This document shows positions 11,301-21,424 of a stretch of DNA of 64,000 nucleotides, piece by piece. Position numbers and translations under genes: made by a program. Positions within the stretch are counted from its first letter, which is position 1. Every line of letters starts with the position of its first letter. The notes beneath the pieces were generated by a model, which ran no database searches, was not told where the DNA came from, and was given only the letters and a program-made list of their open reading frames with translations. Source of the stretch: an uncultured Amylibacter sp. (GTDB lineage: Bacteria; Pseudomonadota; Alphaproteobacteria; Rhodobacterales; Rhodobacteraceae); assembly GCA_905182285.1 (NCBI GenBank), contig CAJJAY010000007.1, positions 60,825 through 124,824 of the forward strand, given 5' to 3'.

Positions 11301-11789
11301 GCTGGATCTGTATCGGGAAAACAAGTTCGAAAGTCTGCTAAGGGAAACCGTTTTGCTTTTGCACAGTTAACAGATCCTACAGGAGCATTTGAGGTGACAA
11401 TTTTTTCAGATGTATTAGAGAAATTTGCTGATTGTTTTGATGTAGGCCAAAATGTAACTCTAACTGTAGAGGCTAATATTGATGCAGATCAATTAAAGCT
11501 TTTAGTCAGAAGTGCTCAGCCAGTTGATATATCTGTGCAAGATGCAGCTGCAATGGGTTTAAAAATATTCGTTTCTAGTGAAGAAGCGGTTGAGTCAATT
11601 GCAACCCGTTTGAATGAAATATCAAAAGACGCTCCTAAACGTGCACTAGGCCCAGTGCATTTAATTTTATCACATCCCGAATTGCCTGGTGAAGTTGAAA
11701 TTGCCCTTAAAAATTCTTATCCTGTAAATACACAAATCAAAGGTGCAATAAAACACATTGATGGTGTGTTGGAAGTTTTAGAATTCTAG
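8319..11789 (+). CDS. dnaE: DNA polymerase III alpha subunit
   Basis: PHP domain HLRLHSAYSLLEG, GPGRGSGAGS, SMPDFDIDF, FNKSHAAAY. Exact start uncertain (several in-frame ATGs from 8319 to 8337). Confidence 0.98.
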   Translation: MMYYEKMKNINRFIHLRLHSAYSLLEGAMHVKKLPIVVSNEGMPAVALTDTNNMFGALEFSELASSEGVQPIIGCQVDLAYMTADNPRDKNPKALPIVLLAQSEIGYLNLMKLNSCLFLESGEEAPHITTAQLQKYNQGIICLTGGALGPIGKLLQENHIDKAKILLKHLSEIFLNRTYVEIQRHGSDEEKYTLEEKKTEKYFLEMAYSLSLPLVATNDVYFPKREMYAAHDALLCISEGSYVDQQADRRRLTPEHYFKSSEEMIALFSDLPEAIDNTIEIAKRCAFKVYKRDPILPKFAEDEVQELRRQANDGLQKRLDVIPHASSVKVYQDRLNFELDIIEGMGFPGYFLIVADFIRWSKSNDIPVGPGRGSGAGSLVAYALTITDLDPLRYSLLFERFLNPERVSMPDFDIDFCMDRREEVIRYVQEKYGRDRVGQIITFGGLLSKAAIRDVGRVLQMPYGQVDRLSKLIPVEGVKPVSIEKALAEEPQLREMAKSEEVVDRMLKYAQQVEGLLRNASTHAAGVVIADRPIDELVPLYQDPRSDMPATQFNMKWVEQAGLVKFDFLGLKTLTVVKGAVDLIKRRGVDINIDAIDLEDKATFELYASAKTVAVFQVESSGMMDALRRMKPNCIEDIVALVALYRPGPMENIPQYCDVKNGRADRELMHPSIDHLLEETQGIIVYQEQVMQIAQEMAGYSLGGADLLRRAMGKKIQSEMDKERPKFLEGASKNSVDSKKAEEVWDLLDKFANYGFNKSHAAAYAVVSYQTAWLKANYPVEFMASVMNCDLHLTDKLHVYFDEVKRLEIQIIPPCINRSESLFSVNNGMIAYALGGLKNVGSEAMRLFTDARKNGGLFLDLIDIARRVDLKRVGKRPLEMLVRAGAFDQLDSNRKKVFESLDALVGYSSATHEEMNSSQGGLFGDSGEDLPAPRLPMPEDWLPVERLSEEHKAIGFYLSGHPLDDYMGALKRKNILTLEELEQKAQGGKIIAKIAGSVSGKQVRKSAKGNRFAFAQLTDPTGAFEVTIFSDVLEKFADCFDVGQNVTLTVEANIDADQLKLLVRSAQPVDISVQDAAAMGLKIFVSSEEAVESIATRLNEISKDAPKRALGPVHLILSHPELPGEVEIALKNSYPVNTQIKGAIKHIDGVLEVLEF

Positions 11790-11797
11790 CAATCAGA

Positions 11798-12010
11798 TCA
11801 CCAATGAGGTGGTGGAGTATCATTAATAGATATCCCACTAGCTGAGTTAGCTTCATCTTGAGCGGCTCTTTCCATTAGTAGCTGAATGCGACGTTCTGCA
11901 ACGTCCAGTCGATTGGCCTGCTGGGCTACAATATCTGAGAGCTCTTCTGATAACCTAAGGGCTTCAGTCAATTTAATTTCTATTTCGATAATTCGTTCTT
12001 TTTGATCCAT
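11798..12010 (-). CDS. slyX: SlyX family protein
   Basis: 70-aa coiled coil ending in PPPHW. Confidence 0.88.
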   Translation of the reverse strand: MDQKERIIEIEIKLTEALRLSEELSDIVAQQANRLDVAERRIQLLMERAAQDEANSASGISINDTPPPHW

Positions 12011-12107
12011 ACAAAATCAATACAATTCTACGTTAAATTTGACAAGGCTCGCTTGCCCCAGATTACACGATAAGTTAGAGATAGCTTAACACAAGGATTA
12101 ATAAATT

Positions 12108-13598
12108 ATGGCTAAAGATAAAAAGAAAAAAATAATGCGGCCAAAGGCTATTCCACCAAAAGGGTTTCGAGATTATTTTGGAACAGATGTAGCTGAACGT
12201 AATTTGATGTTAACTCAAATTACAGAAGTATATCATAGGTATGGGTTTGATGCTCTCGAGAGCCCAGCAGTTGAAACAGTTGAGGCACTTGGAAAGTTTT
12301 TACCTGACGTAGATCGTCCCAATGAAGGTGTATTTTCTTGGCAAGATGATGACGATGCTTGGATGGCTTTACGTTATGACTTAACTGCCCCATTAGCTAG
12401 AGTTTATTCACAATTTCGCAATGATTTACCAAGCCCTTACCGACGATATGCAATGGGACCTGTATGGCGCAATGAGAAGCCTGGTCCAGGTAGGTACAGA
12501 CAATTTTATCAGTGTGATGCTGATACTGTTGGGGCTCCAAGTGTTGCAGCTGATGCAGAGATTTGTTCAATGCTATCTGATACACTGGAGGCTGTGGGAA
12601 TTCCACGGGGAGATTATTTAGTTCGAGTAAATAACCGTAAAGTATTAAATGGAGTCCTAGAGGCGACTGGAGTATCTGATGATTTTAAAAGAGCTAATGT
12701 ATTAAGAACAATTGATAAATTTGATAAAGTTGGCATAGAAGGTGTCAGTCAATTATTGGGTGCTGGTCGGCTTGATGCATCTGGTGCTTACATTGATGGT
12801 GTAGAATTATCTGAGATGCAAATAGCTCCTGTTTTGGCTTTTCTAACTTCAAAAGGAACTAATGCGTCAGCAACAATCTCAAATTTACGCACAGCAGTTG
12901 GCAACTCAGAGATTGGATTACAAGGTATTTCTGAATTAGAAATGATTGGTGAACTCATGGAAGCAGGTGGATATGGTTCTGACCGTGTCGAAATTGATCC
13001 TTCTGTTGTTAGAGGCTTAGCTTATTATACAGGCCCCGTTTATGAAGCTGAATTAACTTTTGAAATATTAAATGAAAAAGGTCAAAGGCGACAATTTGGT
13101 TCAGTGTCTGGAGGTGGGCGATATGATGATTTAGTTAAACGCTTTACAGGCCAAGAAGTTCCAGCAACAGGTGTCTCAATTGGAGTTGATCGCTTACTGG
13201 CAGCTTTGCGAGAAAAAGGGCGAATGCTTTATAAATTAAGAGGACCTGTCGTTGTAACAGTAATGGATCGTGACCGATTAGCTGATTATCAACAAATGGT
13301 TTCTGAATTAAGGAATGCGGGAATTCGTGCAGAAATGTACATGGGAAATCCTAAGAACTTTGGAAATCAATTAAAGTATGCAGATAAACGTGGCTGTCCT
13401 GTTGCTGTAATTGAAGGCGGTGATGAGAAAGCAAGTGGAATAGTTCAAATAAAAGATTTGGCATTAGGAGCAAGGCTATCAAGCCAAATTGAAACCACTG
13501 AAGAATGGAAATCTCAGCCTGCACAAATGGAAATAAAGCGCACTGATCTAGTTGATGAAGTAAAAAAAATGATAGCTCGTTCAGAAGGTTCTATGTAA
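12108..13598 (+). CDS. hisS: Histidine--tRNA ligase
   Basis: [40 protein letters not shown]. Confidence 0.97.
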   Translation: MAKDKKKKIMRPKAIPPKGFRDYFGTDVAERNLMLTQITEVYHRYGFDALESPAVETVEALGKFLPDVDRPNEGVFSWQDDDDAWMALRYDLTAPLARVYSQFRNDLPSPYRRYAMGPVWRNEKPGPGRYRQFYQCDADTVGAPSVAADAEICSMLSDTLEAVGIPRGDYLVRVNNRKVLNGVLEATGVSDDFKRANVLRTIDKFDKVGIEGVSQLLGAGRLDASGAYIDGVELSEMQIAPVLAFLTSKGTNASATISNLRTAVGNSEIGLQGISELEMIGELMEAGGYGSDRVEIDPSVVRGLAYYTGPVYEAELTFEILNEKGQRRQFGSVSGGGRYDDLVKRFTGQEVPATGVSIGVDRLLAALREKGRMLYKLRGPVVVTVMDRDRLADYQQMVSELRNAGIRAEMYMGNPKNFGNQLKYADKRGCPVAVIEGGDEKASGIVQIKDLALGARLSSQIETTEEWKSQPAQMEIKRTDLVDEVKKMIARSEGSM

Positions 13599-14689
13599 TG
13601 CAAAATGAGCGTCGCGCAGCAATAAGATCTGAAGCAAAGCGTATAGAAAAATATTTTATAGATTCAGGGGCTTTATTGATAGAAGCAGACAGCTTACTTT
13701 CAGCAGAAACACTTCTAGATTTATATGGAGAAGATATTAGGTCTCGTGCATATGTTACAAATGATCCTGTAATGGGTGAAAGAATGATGCGTCCAGACTT
13801 TACTGTACCAATAGTTGAAAGACACATGTCAGAGGGAGCTGAACCTGCTCGCTACACTTATAATGGACCAGTTTGGCGTATGCAGGATGCAGGCTCTAAA
13901 CGCGAAACGGAATTTATCCAAGTTGGTTTTGAAGTATTTGATAGATCCAATCCTGCAAAGAGTGATGCCGAAGTATTCTCTATTTTTAATGATATTCTTC
14001 CAAATAATCTTCAAACTTCAACTGGAGATGTGGGATTATTGCTAACAGCAGTTATTGGCTTAAAAACTACTGATTTGAGAAAAGCTGCACTCATGCGGCA
14101 TTTATGGAGACCTAAAAGATTTCAAAGTTTAATGGAGTTATTTTCAAAAATTAATAATGAAAACAATAAAAAAAATTCCTACTCAAAACATTCTGATAAA
14201 GGTTTGCAAAAAGCTATTAAAGATGCAGGAAAATTTATTGGATTAAGATCTGAAAATGAAATATATTCTCGGATTTCTGCACTTCGGCATGATGCTAAAA
14301 CTTCTCCAATTTCAATTGAAGAAGCAAGTGTAGTAAATAAAATTCTAAATTTAAAAGCAACTGCTTCTGAAGCATTATTAGTTTTTGAAGAATTTGAAAA
14401 AATAATACCAAATATGGCAAAGGCTATTTCTGGCTTTGAAGCCAGGCTGGAAGCATTAAATAAACGAAATGTTAATGTAGATAAATTACCTTTTGAAGGT
14501 AGTTATGGATTAACAAGTATGGAATATTATGACGGTTTTGTTTTCAGCTTTTCCGATGGTGATACTATTATTGCTAGTGGTGGTCGCTATGATGCTCTTA
14601 CGGCTGTACTAGGTGCAGGGCGTGAAATACCAGCAGTTGGTGGAGTTATAAGGCCAGACGCTTTTATTAGGGGGGGCGAAAAATGTTAA
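13598..14689 (+). CDS. hisZ: ATP phosphoribosyltransferase regulatory subunit
   Basis: HisRS-like RPDFT, EFIQVGFE, EYYDGF, GGRYD; lies between hisS and hisG. Confidence 0.93.
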   Translation: MQNERRAAIRSEAKRIEKYFIDSGALLIEADSLLSAETLLDLYGEDIRSRAYVTNDPVMGERMMRPDFTVPIVERHMSEGAEPARYTYNGPVWRMQDAGSKRETEFIQVGFEVFDRSNPAKSDAEVFSIFNDILPNNLQTSTGDVGLLLTAVIGLKTTDLRKAALMRHLWRPKRFQSLMELFSKINNENNKKNSYSKHSDKGLQKAIKDAGKFIGLRSENEIYSRISALRHDAKTSPISIEEASVVNKILNLKATASEALLVFEEFEKIIPNMAKAISGFEARLEALNKRNVNVDKLPFEGSYGLTSMEYYDGFVFSFSDGDTIIASGGRYDALTAVLGAGREIPAVGGVIRPDAFIRGGEKC

Positions 14690-15384
14690 AGCTTGGTGTT
14701 CCTTCAAAAGGTAGATTGCAAAAAGATACAATTTCTTGGTTTGAAAAAAGAGGGTTATTACTAAAACGAACTGGATCAGAACGTGAATACACAGGTAGTA
14801 TAAGTGGTGTAAGTGGTATTGAGTTGGTACTTTTATCTGCTGGTGAAATACCAAAAGAACTTGCAAAAGGGAGAATTCATTTAGGAGTTACTGGAACTGA
14901 TTTAATTTATGAAAAGCTTCCGTTACATCAAACACAAATTCATATTGTTGAAGAAATGGGCTTTGGTTTTGCTGATTTGATTATTGCCGTACCAAATGTA
15001 TGGATAGATGTTAATAGTTTACATGACCTTGACGCTGTTGCTGCACAATTTCGTCATGAACATGGATTTAGGCTTAGAATTGCAACAAAATATCATAATT
15101 TAGTTAGAAAAGGTTTACGTAATTTTGGTGTAGCAGATTATCAATTGGTCGATAGCCAAGGTGCGACGGAAGGAACTGTTGCTAATCTAACTGCTGAAGC
15201 AATAGCTGATATTACATCTAGTGGAGCCACATTAAAGGCAAACCATTTGAAAATGTTAAGTGATGGAATTTTGCTTAAATCTCAAGCTAGCGTATTTGCA
15301 TCCAAAAACGCTGATTGGTCAGGGTTAGATAGCCAAAAAAATGACTTGTGTAAAAAAATGGGTTGGAAAGACTTAATACTTTGA
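14683..15384 (+). CDS. hisG: ATP phosphoribosyltransferase catalytic subunit (short form)
   Basis: VPSKGRL, RIATKY, GATE, ADITSSGATLKAN. Confidence 0.95.
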   Translation: MLKLGVPSKGRLQKDTISWFEKRGLLLKRTGSEREYTGSISGVSGIELVLLSAGEIPKELAKGRIHLGVTGTDLIYEKLPLHQTQIHIVEEMGFGFADLIIAVPNVWIDVNSLHDLDAVAAQFRHEHGFRLRIATKYHNLVRKGLRNFGVADYQLVDSQGATEGTVANLTAEAIADITSSGATLKANHLKMLSDGILLKSQASVFASKNADWSGLDSQKNDLCKKMGWKDLIL

Positions 15385-16232
15385 CTAAGTTAAATATTCT
15401 TAAAAAGATCGCAGAAATGCGAAGACTAGTAGCTCAGTGGAGGTCTGAAGGGTTAACTGTCGGATTGGTGCCAACAATGGGAGGATTACATCTTGGGCAT
15501 AAATCTTTAGTAAAATTTGCTTCAAATAAATGTGACAGAGTTATTGTTAGTATTTTTATAAACCCAACTCAATTTACTGAAGAAGAGGATTTTGAAATAT
15601 ATCCTCAGACACAAGACGCTGATTGCGTGTTGATTAAAGAAGCAGGTGGAAATGCTGTTTTTATTCCAGATATATCAGAAATGTATCCTAAAGGATTTTC
15701 TACTAAAGTATCTGTTTCTGGGCTGACTAATATAATGTGTGGGGCATCACGGCCTGGACATTTTGATGGCGTAACTCAGGTAGTCACTAAGCTTTTGAAT
15801 CAAGCATCTGCTAATAATGTATATTTTGGTGAAAAAGACTGGCAACAATTAGCAATTATTAAACGTTTGGTATCTGACTTAGATATTCCAACAAATATTG
15901 TAAGTGTTCCAACTGTAAGGGATGAATTTGGTTTAGCGCTTTCTTCGCGCAATAGTTATCTTAACTCTTCACAACTTCAAACCGCACAAAATTTAAGCTC
16001 AGTTCTTCAAAAGGCAGCATATAATATTGCCGCTGGTGGTTGCTCATCAGTCGAATGTGATCTAGCTTCAAAAATTTTATTAAATTCTGGTATTGATAAA
16101 ATAGATTATATTGAATGCCGCAATTCCCATTCATTAAAGTTAATAGAACGCACTAATGAAGATGAATGCAGAATATTTGCTGCTGTTTATATTGATAATG
16201 TTAGATTAATAGATAATCATATAGTTGTATAA
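15381..16232 (+). CDS. panC: Pantoate--beta-alanine ligase
   Basis: VPTMGGLHLGH, RPGHFDGV, FGEKDWQQ, LSSRN, RLIDN. TTG at 15381 overlaps the hisG stop (TTGA); alternative start at 15363. Confidence 0.95.
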   Translation: MTKLNILKKIAEMRRLVAQWRSEGLTVGLVPTMGGLHLGHKSLVKFASNKCDRVIVSIFINPTQFTEEEDFEIYPQTQDADCVLIKEAGGNAVFIPDISEMYPKGFSTKVSVSGLTNIMCGASRPGHFDGVTQVVTKLLNQASANNVYFGEKDWQQLAIIKRLVSDLDIPTNIVSVPTVRDEFGLALSSRNSYLNSSQLQTAQNLSSVLQKAAYNIAAGGCSSVECDLASKILLNSGIDKIDYIECRNSHSLKLIERTNEDECRIFAAVYIDNVRLIDNHIVV

Positions 16233-16253
16233 ATATAGCTAAATTATAAAGTT

Positions 16254-16691
16254 TTATAATACACCAAGTCTTGCTAAAGATTGTTGCATTTCTTCTGGTA
16301 AATCATCATCTGACTCTCGACTTGCAGAAAGATCAGAAGGACAATCTTCTAACTTTAAATAGCGCCAACCTTGAAAGGGGCGTCTTAAAGCTTTTGTTGT
16401 TGGTGTAAGTTCTGGATCAAGTTTAAATCCACACCTTCTTATTCCATCTGCACCAATAATTTCATCAAAGCCAATCATTTTTTGACGACATTGTATGGCA
16501 CCTTTAATAACCCAATAGATTGAGCCGCCATTAAGTAACTCAGCTTCTCTTTTTGGCCACATTCTTGTGATGTGAAGAGAGTGTTTAATATCTAACTGAG
16601 AACGTCTTTCTTCCTGCCATTGTTTTAGCATTTCTATATTATCTGATCCGACACTAAGTTTGATTATGTTTAATTTTCCGCTCATACTCAT
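16254..16691 (-). CDS. DUF1489 family protein
   Basis: IKLSVG, HITRMWPKR, GGSIYWVIKG and RPFQGWRYL motifs. Confidence 0.85.
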   Translation of the reverse strand: MSMSGKLNIIKLSVGSDNIEMLKQWQEERRSQLDIKHSLHITRMWPKREAELLNGGSIYWVIKGAIQCRQKMIGFDEIIGADGIRRCGFKLDPELTPTTKALRRPFQGWRYLKLEDCPSDLSASRESDDDLPEEMQQSLARLGVL

Positions 16692-16770
16692 AGATCTAGC
16701 ATTGTGGTGTATTTTGTAAATCTTTTACAACAAAACCTACACTAAATTTTAATAACTTTTTAGTATATGG

Positions 16771-18372
16771 TTATAAATTATCTTCTAAAATAATATCTGA
16801 AGCACGATATGCTAGCATCATAGTTGGTGCATTTATATTTCCTGAAGTAATATTTGGAAATGATGACGCGTCTACGACGCGCAATTTTTTTATTCCATGT
16901 ACTTGTAATCGACTGTTAATTACTGAATCAGATGGAGATAATCCCATTCTACAGGTACAACATGGGTGATAAACTGTTGAAGCTAATTCACGAAAATTAT
17001 TTAATAATGCATCGTTATCAAATTTTGAAAAATTAGGATCACAAGCTTTTTTTGTAACTGATTCCATTGCTTTTGTAGCAGCAATAGTTTGTATCATTTG
17101 GCATGCCTTTATTGCCATTAATTTGTCATATTTAGTATGAAGTGAATTTGGATTAATTAAAGGTGGTATATTCACATCGGAAGATTGGATATTTATTGAG
17201 CCTCTGCTTGAAAATCTTGAAGGTTGGGCTGAAAGTAAAAAACCTGATTTTTTACCTACATATGTTTTTCCATTATTATTTGTTGAATATATTATTGGAT
17301 TTGCATAAATCTGAAGATCTGGAACAATAGATTTTACACTACTGCGAACAAATCCACTTGTTTGATTAACAGGAACACTTAAAGGTCCTGATTTTGTAAG
17401 CAAGTATCTTAAGCCTGCAGTAACCTTGCCTACAAAATTACCAATATCTGAATTTAATGTTCTTTCATTAGTCATAAAATATTTAGTTATAGCCAAATGA
17501 TCTTGTAACCCTTGGCCAACTTCTGGCAAATGATGAACTAGTTTTACACCAGCTTTTTTTAATATTTCTTCAGGGCCTATTCCAGATAATTGAAGTAGTT
17601 GAGGCGAGCCTATTGCACCAGCAGATAAAATAATCTCTTTATTTGCGTATGCACATTTTTTTACATTATTCACTTCATAAATTATGCCATCAGATTGTGA
17701 ATTATTTATAATTAATTTTTCAACGATTGCATTTTTTATTATGTGCAAATTTTTTCTTTTTTTTGCTGGATGTAAAAAAGCATCTGCTGATGAAAATCGT
17801 TTACCATTTCTTGTAGTGTTATGAACATAGCCTAAACCTTCAGATGATATGGCGGTATTGTTTGGTTTAGGCCAATTTAATTCTCTTGCAGCTGCCATAA
17901 AGTGTTTTGAGAAAGGATGCATTTGTTCACTTAAATCACTAACGCAGATCGGCCCATTCCCGTAATTTTCTTTTTTTGAAATATGATTTTCTAGAGCGTT
18001 ATAACTAGCTAAAACATTCTTCCAGCCCCATCCTTCAGCGCCAGCCTTTTCCCAATCAGAGAAATCGTTTTCCAATCCTCGGAAGTAAGCCATTGCATTT
18101 ATTGAGCTGGAACCTCCAATTACTTTGCCACGGGGCCAATATGAAGATCTATTGTTTAAATTTTTATCAGGTTGAGTATTATATTTCCAATTAACTCTGG
18201 CGTCATTGTATGTGAAAGCATAACCAATAGGAGTTCTTATCCAAAATTTTTTATCTGAACCGCCTGCTTCTATTAGTAAGACGTTATATTTTGTATTTGC
18301 ACTTAATTTATTTGCAATAACACAACCAGCAGAACCTGCACCAATTATAATATAATCAAATTTTTTTGACAT
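16771..18372 (-). CDS. GMC family oxidoreductase (choline dehydrogenase-like; substrate unknown)
   Basis: GAGSAG FAD motif, RGKVIGGSSSINAM, YHPCCTCRMG, SGNINAPT. Confidence 0.9.
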   Translation of the reverse strand: MSKKFDYIIIGAGSAGCVIANKLSANTKYNVLLIEAGGSDKKFWIRTPIGYAFTYNDARVNWKYNTQPDKNLNNRSSYWPRGKVIGGSSSINAMAYFRGLENDFSDWEKAGAEGWGWKNVLASYNALENHISKKENYGNGPICVSDLSEQMHPFSKHFMAAARELNWPKPNNTAISSEGLGYVHNTTRNGKRFSSADAFLHPAKKRKNLHIIKNAIVEKLIINNSQSDGIIYEVNNVKKCAYANKEIILSAGAIGSPQLLQLSGIGPEEILKKAGVKLVHHLPEVGQGLQDHLAITKYFMTNERTLNSDIGNFVGKVTAGLRYLLTKSGPLSVPVNQTSGFVRSSVKSIVPDLQIYANPIIYSTNNNGKTYVGKKSGFLLSAQPSRFSSRGSINIQSSDVNIPPLINPNSLHTKYDKLMAIKACQMIQTIAATKAMESVTKKACDPNFSKFDNDALLNNFRELASTVYHPCCTCRMGLSPSDSVINSRLQVHGIKKLRVVDASSFPNITSGNINAPTMMLAYRASDIILEDNL

Positions 18373-18515
18373 TATTAAATAACACTTTGTTCCAGAATAT
18401 AATAATATTTTTTATGTTAGATTTTATAAAACTTTATAAATGTTTATATTATTAAACAAACTTGTAAATTTTTAATTTCCAATTAGCATGCTTATGTTAA
18501 TTCAAGGGATTCAAA

Positions 18516-19274
18516 ATGAAATTGATTGATATAAACGCTGATTTAGGTGAGAGTTTTGGTTCGTGGAATATGGGCGAAGATGCTAAAATGCTAGATATTG
18601 TTAGCAGTGCTAATATAGCATGTGGAGGTCACGCCGGTGATGCATCTGTTATGTATGATACAGTTAAACTTGCGTCTCAAAAAGATGTTGTAATAGGTGC
18701 TCATCCTGGCTTTGATGATAAGCAAGGATTTGGGCGTCGAAAAATCCCTTTAAATATATTAGAAATTGAACAATTAATAGCATCTCAAGTGGGAGCTTTA
18801 GTCGGTGTGGCTGGATTAATAAATGCAAAAGTTTATTATGTTAAACCACACGGGGCACTTAATAATTGGGCTACTGAAAATATGGATGTATCCGAAGCAA
18901 TTGTACGTGCTATAAAGTCATCTTTTCCCAACCTTTCTTTATTAGCTGTATCTGGGACAATGCTTGAAACAGCAGGTATAAATGCGGGCCTAAAAACATT
19001 TAGTGAAATATTTGCAGATCGTGGATATAATAAAAATGGCAATTTGGTTCCCAGAGGAGAAAAGGGGGCGCTAATTACTGACACTAAGTATGCGATAAAT
19101 AGATTAGTGCATTTTTTTCAAACAGGAGAGATGCCAACAGTATGCGGTAATTTTATAAAAATGAATGCTCATTCTATATGCATACATGGGGATAATTCTA
19201 ATGCTGTTGATATGGCAAGAAATATTAAAAGTATTTTGGCAGAAAATAATATTAAAATTAAATCATTTATATAA
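18516..19274 (+). CDS. pxpA: 5-oxoprolinase subunit A (LamB/YcsF family)
   Basis: DINADLGESFG, ANIACGGHAGD, GAHPG, YVKPHGAL, ICIHGD. Confidence 0.9.
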   Translation: MKLIDINADLGESFGSWNMGEDAKMLDIVSSANIACGGHAGDASVMYDTVKLASQKDVVIGAHPGFDDKQGFGRRKIPLNILEIEQLIASQVGALVGVAGLINAKVYYVKPHGALNNWATENMDVSEAIVRAIKSSFPNLSLLAVSGTMLETAGINAGLKTFSEIFADRGYNKNGNLVPRGEKGALITDTKYAINRLVHFFQTGEMPTVCGNFIKMNAHSICIHGDNSNAVDMARNIKSILAENNIKIKSFI

Positions 19275-19471
19275 ATCAAGAACCAAGTAAATTATTGAAT
19301 TTTTGATTTATGTATCATGCTTGAGCGTAATAAAATTATCCAATTTGTCATACGTAAATTATTTTGAGTAATAATATTAAAATTAGAGAGATATTTTTGC
19401 CAATTTATTATCTTCTATTGACATTTGATGCCCAATACAATGTACCAATCGCGACATATCAATCCTAAAGG

Positions 19472-21262
19472 ATGACTAAAATGCAAGCTTTTCGAACACA
19501 CACATGTTCTGATTTAAATGCCAATCATGTTGGGCAAACTGTTCGCCTGTCTGGGTGGGTTCATCGTGTTCGTGACCATGGTGGAATACTTTTTATAGAT
19601 TTACGAGATCACTATGGGGTTACACAAGTTTTAGCCGATCCAGATAGCCCAGTCTTTAAAGAACTTGAGGATGTGCGTTCTGAATGGTGTATTCGAATTG
19701 ATGGGGTAGTAAAAGCTCGTGCGCCAGAATTGATTAATAAAAAATTACCAACTGGTGAAGTTGAAATTTTCATAAATGATATGGAAATATTAGGTTCATC
19801 AGAAGAGCTACCTCTTCAAATTTTTGATGAGCCGGATTTTCCTGAAGAAACCCGCTTAAAATATAGATTTTTAGATTTACGCCGAGAAACTTTGCATAAT
19901 AATATTATCTTAAGGTCAAATGTAATAAAATCTATTCGCAATCGAATGGATGCTCAGGGTTTTAATGAGTTCCAAACGCCGATTATTACTGCTTCATCTC
20001 CTGAAGGAGCGCGTGACTTTTTAGTCCCATCAAGATTGCACCCAGGTAAATTTTATGCACTTCCACAGGCGCCTCAACAGTTTAAACAAATGATAATGGT
20101 TGCTGGTTTTGATAAATATTTCCAAATTGCTCCATGTTTTAGAGACGAAGATCCACGTGCTGACCGCTCCCCAACTGATTTTTATCAATTAGACTTAGAG
20201 ATGTCATTTGTTGAACAACAAGATGTATTCAATACTATTGAGCCTGTATTAAAAGGTATTTTTCAAGAATTTGGTGGTGGGCGCGCTGTTACAAAAGATT
20301 GGCCACAAATTTCATATAAAGATTCTGCTCTTTGGTATGGTACAGATAAGCCAGATTTGCGAAATCCAATTAAGATGCAGATTGTATCTGAACACTTCAA
20401 AGGGTCAGGCTTTGCGATTTTTGCTAAATTATTAGAAAATGAAGGCACTGAAGTAAGGGCAATACCAGCACCAAAGGGTGGATCACGTAAATTTTGTGAC
20501 CGTATGAATAAATTCGCGCAGCAAGAAGGTTTACCTGGTATGGGGTATATATTTTGGCGTGATCAAGGTGAAGGATTAGAAGCTGCAGGTCCATTAGCGA
20601 AAAATATTGGTCCAGAGCGAACTGAAGCAATTCGCCAACAATTAGGTCTAGAAGTAGGTGATGCAGCATTTTTCTTAGCTGGAAAACCTGCAACTTTTGA
20701 AGGTGTTGCAGGGCGGGCCAGAACCGTTATTGGAGAAGAACTAAAAATTACAAATTCAGATAGCTTCGAGTTTGCTTGGATCGTTGATTTCCCAATGTAT
20801 GAAAAAGATTCTGAATCTGGCAGAATAGATTTTAGCCATAATCCATTTTCTATGCCTCAGGGTGGTATGGCAGCATTAGATGCAGAAAACCCTGAAACTA
20901 TTTTGGGATATCAGTATGATTTGGCATGTAATGGTTATGAATTAATTTCTGGTGCAATAAGAAATCACAAACCTGAAATTATGTATAAAGCATTTGAAAT
21001 TGCTGGATATCCAAATGAAGAAGTTAATAAGCGATTTGGAGGAATGGTGAATGCATTTACTTATGGAGCTCCCCCCCATGGTGGTTGCGCAGCAGGTATA
21101 GATCGGATCGTTATGTTGTTAGCTAATGAGGATAACATTAGACAAGTAATAATGTTTCCAATGAATCAAAGAGCAGAAGATTTAATGTTAGGCGGTCCAT
21201 CTGAAGTTTCAAATGAGCAATTACGTGAACTAAATTTGAGAATTTTGCCTCAAGAAGATTAA
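19472..21262 (+). CDS. aspS: Aspartate--tRNA ligase (probably non-discriminating)
   Basis: [36 protein letters not shown]. Confidence 0.97.
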   Translation: MTKMQAFRTHTCSDLNANHVGQTVRLSGWVHRVRDHGGILFIDLRDHYGVTQVLADPDSPVFKELEDVRSEWCIRIDGVVKARAPELINKKLPTGEVEIFINDMEILGSSEELPLQIFDEPDFPEETRLKYRFLDLRRETLHNNIILRSNVIKSIRNRMDAQGFNEFQTPIITASSPEGARDFLVPSRLHPGKFYALPQAPQQFKQMIMVAGFDKYFQIAPCFRDEDPRADRSPTDFYQLDLEMSFVEQQDVFNTIEPVLKGIFQEFGGGRAVTKDWPQISYKDSALWYGTDKPDLRNPIKMQIVSEHFKGSGFAIFAKLLENEGTEVRAIPAPKGGSRKFCDRMNKFAQQEGLPGMGYIFWRDQGEGLEAAGPLAKNIGPERTEAIRQQLGLEVGDAAFFLAGKPATFEGVAGRARTVIGEELKITNSDSFEFAWIVDFPMYEKDSESGRIDFSHNPFSMPQGGMAALDAENPETILGYQYDLACNGYELISGAIRNHKPEIMYKAFEIAGYPNEEVNKRFGGMVNAFTYGAPPHGGCAAGIDRIVMLLANEDNIRQVIMFPMNQRAEDLMLGGPSEVSNEQLRELNLRILPQED

Positions 21263-21279
21263 GTCATTTCAAAAATAAA

Positions 21280-21316
21280 AAACTATGCTTCAAGAAATTA
21301 AATCGAGGCATAGTTT
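21280..21316 (+). terminator. Terminator-like hairpin after aspS
   Basis: AAACTATGCTTC ... GAGGCATAGTTT inverted repeat with one G-U pair. Confidence 0.6.
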
Positions 21317-21350
21317 GAAATCATTAATATATAATTACTTTGTATTTTAT

Positions 21351-21387
21351 TTCCTATAAATTAAAAGTTCAAATTAATTTATAGGAA
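21351..21387. terminator. AT-rich inverted repeat downstream of the DUF2158 gene
   Basis: TTCCTATAAATTAA-N9-TTAATTTATAGGAA, perfect 14-bp arms. Confidence 0.5.
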
Positions 21388-21424
21388 TAGTAATTTAAAA
21401 TATAATATTTAATATTTGATATTA

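Noticed and set aside
8319-11789. Intein or split in dnaE
   Set aside because: Normal length, continuous motifs, no intein signatures seen.
16686-16755. Degenerate NrdR-like sequences upstream of the DUF1489 gene (ATAGATCTAG; ACACTAAATTTTAA)
   Set aside because: Each misses a conserved core base, the region is AT-rich, and no nrd gene is adjacent in this window.
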